This document shows, in pieces, positions 8,846-16,514 of a stretch of DNA of 64,000 bases. The notes under the pieces were generated by a model that saw only the letters and a program-made list of their open reading frames with translations, was not told where the DNA came from and searched no databases. The position numbers and the translations under genes were made by a program. The stretch comes from a bacterium (GTDB taxonomy: Bacteria; Patescibacteriota; Minisyncoccia; Phycocordibacterales; JAGLPS01), in the NCBI GenBank assembly GCA_030690305.1, contig JAUYHB010000027.1, forward strand, positions 15,670 through 79,669, read 5' to 3'. How positions within the stretch are numbered: the stretch's first letter is position 1; each line of letters begins with the position of its first letter.

Positions 8846-9030
8846 CCTGTTTTCTTCGCGTTTGAGCGAGAATCCACTTTTTCCAAACCTTGCGGAGTCC
8901 GGAAAGTATGAGCAGAGAAAAATCCAACAGGATTTTATCGTGTTTGGAAAAAGTGGGTTGGAGCGGGCATTTGACATTTCCTTGACTTTCTTTTAGTGTA
9001 GTGATACAACGTAGTGAATAAATAAACCTA

Positions 9031-10077
9031 TTGAACATGTCCGAAAAAATTACAGTAGCGTTTAAGCCCAAACAAGTTGTCAAAAAACTCCTTGCTGTTC
9101 TCGTTCCCAGGGCAAAAGACGTCATTGTAAGTCGTTATGGTCTCGGAAATGAAAGCGCCCGTCTTACTCTCGAAGCTATCGGGAAAAAATACAACATTAC
9201 CCGCGAGCGCGTGCGACAAATAGAAAACTACTCTCTCGACCACATTCGAAAATCCAAGGAATACAAAGAAACCCTTCCGGTTTTTGAAGAGCTCAAGGAA
9301 TCCATGCATTTAATGGGCGGACTTGTTCCGGAAGAAGAATTTTTAACGACGCTTGCCAAGGACAAGAGTACCCAAAACCATATCCACTTCCTTTTAGTTG
9401 TCGGTGAACATTTTACCCGTTACAAAGAAGATGACCACTTTAAAACCCGTTGGCACGTCGACAATGAACTTGCCGAACAGGTGCACGGGTCTTTGAAGAA
9501 ATTGTACGAAAATCTTTCCGACGATGACCTCATATCGGATCCAGACTTTATCGAATCTTTTCTGGAACAACTCCATGAGCTCGCCGAAAAATATAAAAGT
9601 GATGAAATCATGAAGCGCTGGCTTTCGCTTTCAAAGAAAATCGGACGCAATCCTCTTGGCGAATGGGGCAAATCAAGTTCCTCAAATATCAATGCCCGCG
9701 GTATGCGCGACTATGCATTCCTGGTTATCCGTAAACACGGTTCACCAATTCATTTTCGAGAAGTAGCCGAAGCAATTACCAAAATTTTCAATAAAAAGGC
9801 CCACGTTGCGACGACCCACAACGAACTTATCAAAGATTCCCGTTTTGTTCTTGTCGGCCGCGGCTTGTACGCCCTTTCCGAATGGGGATATATGAGTGGT
9901 GTCGTTAAAGATGTTATTCGCAAAGTGCTTGAGAAAAACGGCCCTCTTACCAAGCAGGAAATTATCGACAAGGTCTTGAAGGAACGATATGTTAAAGAAA
10001 ACACCATTGTCGTTAATCTTCAGAATCCGAAGTTTTTCAAAAAAGACACCCAAGGCCGCTACGCTCTCGCCAAATAA
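9031..10077 (+). CDS. DNA-binding protein with an N-terminal sigma-70 region-4-like HTH and two C-terminal HARE-HTH-like winged-helix domains
   Basis: TLEAIGKKYNITRERVRQIE matches the sigma-70 region 4.2 HTH. C-terminal ...IHFREVAEAI...DSRFVLVGRGLYALSEWGY and ...GPLTKQEIIDKVL...GRYALAK resemble HARE-HTH repeats. The start is TTG at 9031 or ATG at 9037. Confidence 0.65.
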   Translation: MNMSEKITVAFKPKQVVKKLLAVLVPRAKDVIVSRYGLGNESARLTLEAIGKKYNITRERVRQIENYSLDHIRKSKEYKETLPVFEELKESMHLMGGLVPEEEFLTTLAKDKSTQNHIHFLLVVGEHFTRYKEDDHFKTRWHVDNELAEQVHGSLKKLYENLSDDDLISDPDFIESFLEQLHELAEKYKSDEIMKRWLSLSKKIGRNPLGEWGKSSSSNINARGMRDYAFLVIRKHGSPIHFREVAEAITKIFNKKAHVATTHNELIKDSRFVLVGRGLYALSEWGYMSGVVKDVIRKVLEKNGPLTKQEIIDKVLKERYVKENTIVVNLQNPKFFKKDTQGRYALAK

Positions 10078-10113
10078 TTAAATCTACACCCATAGGTTTT
10101 TAGACGGTGCAGC

Positions 10114-10136
10114 TTACCCCCTTTTGGGGGTTTTTC
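10114..10136 (+). terminator. rho-independent terminator
   Basis: ACCCCC-TTTT-GGGGGT hairpin followed by TTTTCC. Confidence 0.6.
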
Positions 10137-10166
10137 CTTGTCTTTTTCATAATGTATACTTAAAAC

Positions 10167-11396
10167 GTGCTATTTGAACAATTCACGTCGTCATTCGGAG
10201 ACAGCATCTCACAAGCGCTCGATATTTTGCGTCGAACCGTATTCGTGTGGCTTCCGATTCTTTCGGGAACCGCGCTTTTTCATACGTGGATAAACTACAT
10301 ACGCGCGCGTTGGATACGTGAACAGGGCACCGTGTTGCTTGAAATCAAGCTTCCGACCGAAATTTTCCGCTCACCGGCGGCAATGGAGCTGGTGCTCACC
10401 CAGTTGTATCAGGCGGCAAATCCCACATATATTGACGCATATCTTATAGGAAAAGTGCGTCCGTGGTTTTCTCTTGAACTTGTTTCTCTCGGCGGGGAAG
10501 TCCATTTTTACATTTGGGGGCACCGAAAGTTCAAAAAATTCATTGAAAATCATATTTATGCCCAATATCCGAATGTGGAAATTTACGAGGTTGAGGATTA
10601 TGCGAAAAGATTTCCTTTCGACCCCGAAAACTATCCTTTTTGGGCCACCTATTTCAAACTTACCAAGGCTGATGCCTATCCGCTAAAAACCTATATCGAA
10701 TACGGCCTCGATAAAGACCCAAAGGAAGAATTTAAAATCGACCCCATCACGTCGCTTATTGAATATCTCGGAGGGCTCAGGAAGGGAGAGCAGGCGTGGA
10801 TTCAGATTCTTATCCGGGCCCACAGAAAAGAAGGATTGAAAGATTTACGGCTTGCAAGACCCGACTGGCAAAAAGACATTGAAAAAGAAATAAAAAAAAT
10901 TATGACGGAAGCAGTGGTGGACGAAGAAAAGCAAATGCCTTCCCTCATGCTTCTTGATGAGGAGCAGAGGAATCTTATTACTGCGATGCGTCGTAACATG
11001 GGAAAGTTTGCGTTTGATTCGATTGTGCGGGGTTTTTATCTTGCCGAAAAACCTTCCTTTGACGGCAGTAATATCAGTGGTTTGATAAGCAGTGTCAGGC
11101 AATTCAGCTCAAATACCCGCAACGGATTCAAGCTCGGAAAATTCAGCGCCTTTGAGTATCCATGGCAAGACTTTCAGAATATGCGCCGCCGTGTTATCGA
11201 GAGAAAAATGCTTGATTCCTATAAGCACCGTTCTTTCTTCTATCCTCCCCACACGCATTTCCGCGCCCAGCCTTACATTCTGACGACGGAAGAACTCGCA
11301 ACGATGTTCCACTTCCCGGGCAAAGTTGTCGGCACTCCGACGGTCACTCGTATTACTTCAAAGAAAGCCGAAGCGCCTTCAAATCTTCCTATATAA
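10167..11396 (+). CDS. hypothetical protein with an N-terminal TM helix (409 aa)
   Basis: GTG start behind a TATACT -10-like box; one hydrophobic segment near the N-terminus; no motif recognised. Confidence 0.55.
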   Translation: MLFEQFTSSFGDSISQALDILRRTVFVWLPILSGTALFHTWINYIRARWIREQGTVLLEIKLPTEIFRSPAAMELVLTQLYQAANPTYIDAYLIGKVRPWFSLELVSLGGEVHFYIWGHRKFKKFIENHIYAQYPNVEIYEVEDYAKRFPFDPENYPFWATYFKLTKADAYPLKTYIEYGLDKDPKEEFKIDPITSLIEYLGGLRKGEQAWIQILIRAHRKEGLKDLRLARPDWQKDIEKEIKKIMTEAVVDEEKQMPSLMLLDEEQRNLITAMRRNMGKFAFDSIVRGFYLAEKPSFDGSNISGLISSVRQFSSNTRNGFKLGKFSAFEYPWQDFQNMRRRVIERKMLDSYKHRSFFYPPHTHFRAQPYILTTEELATMFHFPGKVVGTPTVTRITSKKAEAPSNLPI

Positions 11397-11408
11397 ATTT
11401 CCTCGCTC

Positions 11409-12449
11409 ATGCGCTTTTCTTTCCCCGACATTTCAAAATTTTTTATTTCGACATTTCTGCCAGCGGTACGAAATGTTTTTAATCTGTTCTTTTTGTGGAT
11501 AAAGCGAAATGACACCGCGCTTATCAAAGGTGCCGTGGCGGTTGTGCTTACTTACGCTCTTTTCTACGCGTCATTTTTCAGCGCTCCTCGGGAATTTCCC
11601 GCGCAAGCGATTACAACGATTGAAGACGGGAAAACGCTCAATCAGGTGTCTATGTTTTTTGCCGAACAAAACATTATCCGTTCTCCGTTCTGGCTTAAAG
11701 TATTTGTGACCGTATTCGGGGGGGACAAGCGTATTTATGCCGGCGATTATTTTTTCAAAGATCCTTCTTCCGTCATTACCGTCGCCCGTCGCATCACAAG
11801 CGACGACCACGGCCTCACTTCGACTCGCATGACAATCCCCGAGGGCCTCAATGTATTCGAAATTGCGGATTTGGTGGCCAAAAAGTTTAAGAAATTCGAC
11901 CCGGAAAAATTTATCGCCATCGCGCCCGAAGGCTACCTTTTCCCTGACACATATTTTTTTCTTCAAAACGTCGAAGCTGAGTTTGTCGTAGCGGCCATGA
12001 AAAAAAACTTTGATGAAAAAATTCAAGGGATTATGCCCCGGATAGAAGAGTTCGGGCGTCCGTTTGAGGACGTGATTATCATGGCCTCAATCATAGAAAC
12101 CGAAGCGCGACAAAAAAATACCCGGCGTATGATTTCCGATATCTTGTGGCGTCGCATCGATATCGGTATGCCTCTTCAAGTCGATGTTTCCTTTAAATAC
12201 GTTAACGGCAAGGTAACGCCTGATTTGACGCTTGACGATTTGGAAATCGATTCGCCGTACAATACGTATAGATACGCCGGGTTGCCTCCGACGCCCATTG
12301 CAAATCCCGGTCTTGGGGCGATTGAAGCGGCGGTTACTCCCATTAAAAGCAGTTATCTGTATTTTCTTTCCGGTCACGACGGCGTAATGCATTATGCCCG
12401 CACGTTCGAGGAACATAAACAAAATCGGCGACTCTATCTTGATAGGTAA
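11409..12449 (+). CDS. mltG: endolytic murein transglycosylase MltG (YceG family)
   Basis: N-terminal TM helix plus YceG-like C-terminus with ...YNTYRYAGLPPTPIANPGLGAIEAA...YLYFLS. Confidence 0.85.
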   Translation: MRFSFPDISKFFISTFLPAVRNVFNLFFLWIKRNDTALIKGAVAVVLTYALFYASFFSAPREFPAQAITTIEDGKTLNQVSMFFAEQNIIRSPFWLKVFVTVFGGDKRIYAGDYFFKDPSSVITVARRITSDDHGLTSTRMTIPEGLNVFEIADLVAKKFKKFDPEKFIAIAPEGYLFPDTYFFLQNVEAEFVVAAMKKNFDEKIQGIMPRIEEFGRPFEDVIIMASIIETEARQKNTRRMISDILWRRIDIGMPLQVDVSFKYVNGKVTPDLTLDDLEIDSPYNTYRYAGLPPTPIANPGLGAIEAAVTPIKSSYLYFLSGHDGVMHYARTFEEHKQNRRLYLDR

Positions 12450-12495
12450 TATTTTCCTTTGCGCTCCCGCCGGTCTTGTGTAAACTAACGGCTAC

Positions 12496-13596
12496 ATGGA
12501 GAAGCGAAATAAAAAAGTTTTTGTAGGCATGTCGGGCGGGGTGGACAGCTCCGTTTCCGCCGCATTGCTTAAGAAAGCCGGCTATGACATCACGGGCGTG
12601 TTCATCAAAGTATGGCATCCGGATTTCCTGCCGTGCGATTGGAAAGAAGAACGCAGGGATACGATGCGTGTCTGCGCCGCTCTCAATATTCCTTTTCTCA
12701 CCTTTGATTTTGAAGAAGAATACAAGCGCGAGGTGGTGGATTATATGCTCTCGGAATACAAACGGGGAAGGACACCGAACCCCGATGTTATGTGCAACCG
12801 CTATATTAAATTCGGCTCATTCCTAAAAAAAGCGAAAACGATGGGCGCGGATATGATTGCCACCGGCCACTACGCCATTCGCGAGGAAGTAGGCAAGGGG
12901 TCACAGAAAGTTTTCCTTCTCAAGGAATCAAAAGATAAGGAAAAAGACCAATCGTATTTTTTATGGACACTGGGCCAAGAAGAACTTTCCCAAAGCCTGT
13001 TTCCTGTCGGTGGGTATGAAAAAAAGGAAGTACGTGCGCTTGCACAGAAGTTCAATCTTCCCACATTCGAAAAAAAAGACAGCCAGGGATTGTGCTTCTT
13101 GGGGAAAATTGATTTTCGGGAATTCTTGGCCGCCTATCTTCCCGTAAAGCGGGGGCATGTCGTCAACCTTAAGGAAGAAATTATCGGTATCCATGATGGC
13201 GTGCATCTGTATACCATTGGACAGCGCCATGGTTTTACCATAACGAAAAAAGGCACCTCCGATACCCCTTTATATGTAATTGATAAAGACGTGGCCAAAA
13301 ACAGGCTCATTGTTTCCGACAAGAAAGAAGCGATTTATGAAACAGTCAAAACAAAAAAAGTTACACTTTCCGATACGCACTGGGTTTCCGGCGCATTTCC
13401 TTCGCTGAATCGGGATTATAATATCCGTTTCCGTTATCACCAAAAACCGATATCGGGATTTTTGACAAAAGAGGGGAGGAAAACCGTCGCGGTTTTTAAA
13501 ACCTCTCAGGATAGCGTGGCCCTCGGGCAATCGCTGGTTTTTTATACGAAGGACGACGTATGCCTTGGTGGCGGGGTTGTCGATAGGATTGCCTAA
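12496..13596 (+). CDS. mnmA: tRNA-specific 2-thiouridylase MnmA
   Basis: PP-loop GMSGGVDSSV and catalytic cysteines (...LPCDW..., CNRYIKFGSFL). Confidence 0.9.
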   Translation: MEKRNKKVFVGMSGGVDSSVSAALLKKAGYDITGVFIKVWHPDFLPCDWKEERRDTMRVCAALNIPFLTFDFEEEYKREVVDYMLSEYKRGRTPNPDVMCNRYIKFGSFLKKAKTMGADMIATGHYAIREEVGKGSQKVFLLKESKDKEKDQSYFLWTLGQEELSQSLFPVGGYEKKEVRALAQKFNLPTFEKKDSQGLCFLGKIDFREFLAAYLPVKRGHVVNLKEEIIGIHDGVHLYTIGQRHGFTITKKGTSDTPLYVIDKDVAKNRLIVSDKKEAIYETVKTKKVTLSDTHWVSGAFPSLNRDYNIRFRYHQKPISGFLTKEGRKTVAVFKTSQDSVALGQSLVFYTKDDVCLGGGVVDRIA

Positions 13597-13656
13597 AGCC
13601 GTTGGACTGTTTCATGTGTTTTTAGACTTTCGCTTTCGCGGTATAATGATGGTCAT

Positions 13657-14487
13657 ATGAACGGAAACATTTATGTTATCAAGGCGCACGGGGACAAAGA
13701 ACTTTTTGCGCCCGAAAAACTTATACGCTCCTTAAAAAACTCCGGTGCTTCCGACGAGATGGCTTCCGATGTTTTGAAGTCCATCGAAAGCTTGCTTCAG
13801 GATGGGATGAAGACTTCCGATATTTACCGTCTCGCGTTTTCTTTGTTGCATAAGAAAGAAAGGGTGGCGGCGATGCGATATTCTCTTAAACGGGCGCTTA
13901 TGGACCTTGGGCCGAGCGGCTTTCCGTTCGAAAATTTTCTTTCAGAGGTTTTCAAGCGGAAAGGTTTTACCGTTGAGCGCGACATGATTGTTTCGGGGAA
14001 TTGCGTTGACCATGAGGTCGACCTTGTGATTTCTTCTCCGGAAAAAAGAATCATGGTTGAGGTTAAATTTCATAATGAAATCGGCATCAAGTCGGATGTG
14101 AAAGTCGCACTGTACGTTGCCGCCCGGTTTGAAGATATTTTTATAAAACAAGGAGGGCCGACCGACACGAAAAAAGAAGAGGGCTGGCTTATCACCAACA
14201 CAAAATTTACCCAGGCGGCTATCGAGTACGGAATGTGCAAAGGACTGACAATGATAGGGTGGAATTATCCTTCCAAAGGAAATCTCCAACAACTCATTGA
14301 AGAAAGCGGCCTCCATCCTTTGACGTGTCTTTCAACATTGACCACGTCGCAAAAGCAAACCCTCCTCTCCGAAGGTGTCGTGCTGTGCCGCGATGTTGTT
14401 GACCACCCGCGCCTTCCGTCTCTTGGCGTAAATGATGCCAAACTTAAGAAAGTTATTGACGAGGCGCGTTCTCTCTGCGGTATTTAA
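13657..14487 (+). CDS. ATP-cone domain protein fused to an Mrr-like (restriction-endonuclease-fold) domain
   Basis: N-terminal NrdR-like ATP-cone (IYVIKAHGDKELFAPEKLIRSL). Central ...FENFLSEVFKRKGFTVERDMIVSGNCVDHEVDLVI...EVKFHN resembles the Mrr catalytic D...(D/E)xK core. Confidence 0.6.
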   Translation: MNGNIYVIKAHGDKELFAPEKLIRSLKNSGASDEMASDVLKSIESLLQDGMKTSDIYRLAFSLLHKKERVAAMRYSLKRALMDLGPSGFPFENFLSEVFKRKGFTVERDMIVSGNCVDHEVDLVISSPEKRIMVEVKFHNEIGIKSDVKVALYVAARFEDIFIKQGGPTDTKKEEGWLITNTKFTQAAIEYGMCKGLTMIGWNYPSKGNLQQLIEESGLHPLTCLSTLTTSQKQTLLSEGVVLCRDVVDHPRLPSLGVNDAKLKKVIDEARSLCGI

Positions 14488-14492
14488 AACAT

Positions 14493-15311
14493 ATGTCTCC
14501 ACTGCCCTACAACGCCAAAAGAAAAAAAATTACTTTCAACCCCGAAAGCAATGCCGCTCACCGGCTTAGCCGCTCAAAAGTGGATTTGTTTTTTGAATGT
14601 CCGCGTTGTTTTTATCTGAATGAAATTCTAGGTATCGGGCGTCCGTCCATGCCCCCGTTTACGTTAAATGTCGCGGTTGACCATCTGTTGAAAAAGGAAT
14701 TTGATGTCCATAGGACGGAAGGGACCGCGCACCCGCTTATGAAAGAGTATGGAATCGATGCTGTCCCTTTCAACGACCAAAAAATCGAAGAATGGCGAAA
14801 TAATTTCAAAGGAGTAACCCGTTTCCACAAGGAAACCAACCTGACTTTTTTTGGAGCCGTTGACGATGTGTGGGTTAATCCGAAAGGGGAATTGATTGTC
14901 GTTGATTATAAAGCGACAAGTAAAGCGGGTAAAATTGATCTTTCCGGCGGGTGGGGCCCGCAATACAAACGGCAGATTGAATTTTATCAATGGCTTTTGC
15001 GCGGCAATGACTACCGGGTTTCCAATACGGGATATTTTGTTTACGCAAACGGCATTAAAGACAGAGCGGTGTTTGATAAAAAACTTGAATTTGAAGTGGA
15101 AATCATTTCTCATACCGGAGACGATTCGTGGATTGAAAAAACCGTAACGGATGTCAAATCGTGCCTTCTGCAAAAAATGTTGCCGGAAGCGGGAGAACTG
15201 TGTGAACACTGTTCATATCGCGAATCCGCCGGAAAAGCCATTCGGGGCTTGTACGGGCAAAAAATCGATGAAAAAAAAGACGATGACACAAAATCGGGCC
15301 GCCTCTTTTAG
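14493..15311 (+). CDS. PD-(D/E)XK nuclease superfamily protein, Cas4/RecB-like with a Cys cluster
   Basis: N-terminal CPRC and C-terminal CEHC cysteines (Fe-S-like, as in Cas4/AddB nuclease domains); VVDYKAT provides the D-x-K motif. Confidence 0.6.
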   Translation: MSPLPYNAKRKKITFNPESNAAHRLSRSKVDLFFECPRCFYLNEILGIGRPSMPPFTLNVAVDHLLKKEFDVHRTEGTAHPLMKEYGIDAVPFNDQKIEEWRNNFKGVTRFHKETNLTFFGAVDDVWVNPKGELIVVDYKATSKAGKIDLSGGWGPQYKRQIEFYQWLLRGNDYRVSNTGYFVYANGIKDRAVFDKKLEFEVEIISHTGDDSWIEKTVTDVKSCLLQKMLPEAGELCEHCSYRESAGKAIRGLYGQKIDEKKDDDTKSGRLF

Positions 15312-15552
15312 ACATAGGGTTTTTGCGGTTGTAAAGAACATTCCTGCGGGCAAAACGCTTTCTTACAAACAAGTGGCGCAAAGGGCGGGCCATCCGAAAA
15401 GTTTCAGAGCGGTGGGGAATGTGCTCAACGGCAATTACGACCCGGATATTCCATGCCATCGGGTTATCCGTTCCGACGGCACGATAGGAGGATATAACAG
15501 GGGCAACAAAGAGAAAATCAAAAAACTTCGCGAGGAGGGCGCGCTTATATGA
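15268..15552 (+). CDS. ogt: methylated-DNA-protein-cysteine methyltransferase-like (Ogt/MGMT DNA-binding domain) protein
   Basis: ...YKQVAQRAGHPKSFRAVGNVLNGNYDPDIPCHRVIRSDGTIGGY... with the PCHR active-site motif. The listed ORF (15151) overlaps the upstream gene; internal ATGs at 15268 or 15283 are more plausible starts. Confidence 0.7.
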   Translation: MKKKTMTQNRAASFRHRVFAVVKNIPAGKTLSYKQVAQRAGHPKSFRAVGNVLNGNYDPDIPCHRVIRSDGTIGGYNRGNKEKIKKLREEGALI

Positions 15553-16172
15553 CAGAGGAAAATAAAGAAAAAACACCGCTTTTAAAACAGATTCGTGACG
15601 AGGTAGTCAAACTTTCCGCCTCGCCTCTTTATTCGGAGCGGGTAAAAAATAAAGTTTTCCCCGTTATCGGCGAAGGAAGTCATGATGCGTGCATTATGTT
15701 TGTCGGGGAAGCGCCGGGAAGAAATGAGGCCGCAACAGGAAGGCCGTTTTGCGGGGCGGCGGGAAAACTGTTGGATGAGATGCTTGCGTCAATCAATATT
15801 CCCCGCACGGACGTGTATATCACAAATATCGTCAAAGACAGACCCACGGAAAATCGCGATCCAACTCCGCAGGAAATTGAGATATACGCGCCGTTTCTTG
15901 ACCGGCAGATAGACATCATTCAGCCGAAAGTCATAGCGACCCTTGGCCGTTTCTCAATGGCATATCTTTTCAATAAATTCGGTCTTGAGTTCGAGCTTGA
16001 ACCGATAAGCCGCATTCATGGAAAAACTTTTAAGGCGGCCGTCTCATACGGAGACATAACCATTATTCCCCTCTATCATCCTGCTGTTGCCATTTACAAC
16101 ATACACATGAAGGAAACGCTCTTTAAAGACTTTGAGATACTTAAAAAATACCACCTGGACGCATCACAATAA
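15549..16172 (+). CDS. udg: uracil-DNA glycosylase, family 4
   Basis: GEAPGRNEAATGRPFCGAAGKLL family-4 UDG motif; the start ATGA overlaps the ogt stop. Confidence 0.85.
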   Translation: MTEENKEKTPLLKQIRDEVVKLSASPLYSERVKNKVFPVIGEGSHDACIMFVGEAPGRNEAATGRPFCGAAGKLLDEMLASINIPRTDVYITNIVKDRPTENRDPTPQEIEIYAPFLDRQIDIIQPKVIATLGRFSMAYLFNKFGLEFELEPISRIHGKTFKAAVSYGDITIIPLYHPAVAIYNIHMKETLFKDFEILKKYHLDASQ

Positions 16173-16209
16173 AACTCGTATAGTAACTCTATTGCCTAGC
16201 GCAGTGAGT

Positions 16210-16239
16210 GAAATGAGAATGTTCGTACATTCTCATTTC
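16210..16239. repeat. perfect 13-bp inverted repeat (GAAATGAGAATGT-tcgt-ACATTCTCATTTC)
   Basis: Seen directly. No T-tract follows, so it could be an operator or a weak terminator after udg. Confidence 0.5.
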
Positions 16240-16271
16240 TGAGCCAGCGACGGCAAAAAAACACACCTTTT

Positions 16272-16511
16272 ATGTTTCCGATGTTTCCCTACAACATTCT
16301 TATTATGGCTTCCACCCTCCGTCTCGTGGGGGAAATTCTCATAGCAATAGTTTTGTTCTCTCTTCACAGTCATGTGATGAAAGAAGAAAAAACCAATGCC
16401 GAACGACTGGCCGTAATGAGTCGGGAGCGCCTCTATATTGTCGTCGGCCTTACCGCTATTTTTGCCGCGTACGCTGTTGAACTGTATGCCAGAGCGAGAG
16501 GATACGTTTAA
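16272..16511 (+). CDS. small hydrophobic protein (79 aa), hypothetical
   Basis: Two predicted TM segments; ends 4 nt before the alaS start; coding status uncertain. Confidence 0.35.
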   Translation: MFPMFPYNILIMASTLRLVGEILIAIVLFSLHSHVMKEEKTNAERLAVMSRERLYIVVGLTAIFAAYAVELYARARGYV

Positions 16512-16514
16512 ACC

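Noticed and set aside
15151-15267. Long N-terminal extension of the Ogt-like ORF (MSNRAFCKKCCRKREN...)
   Set aside because: It overlaps the C-terminus of the upstream nuclease gene by about 160 nt in another frame. The conserved MGMT domain starts after the internal ATGs at 15268/15283.
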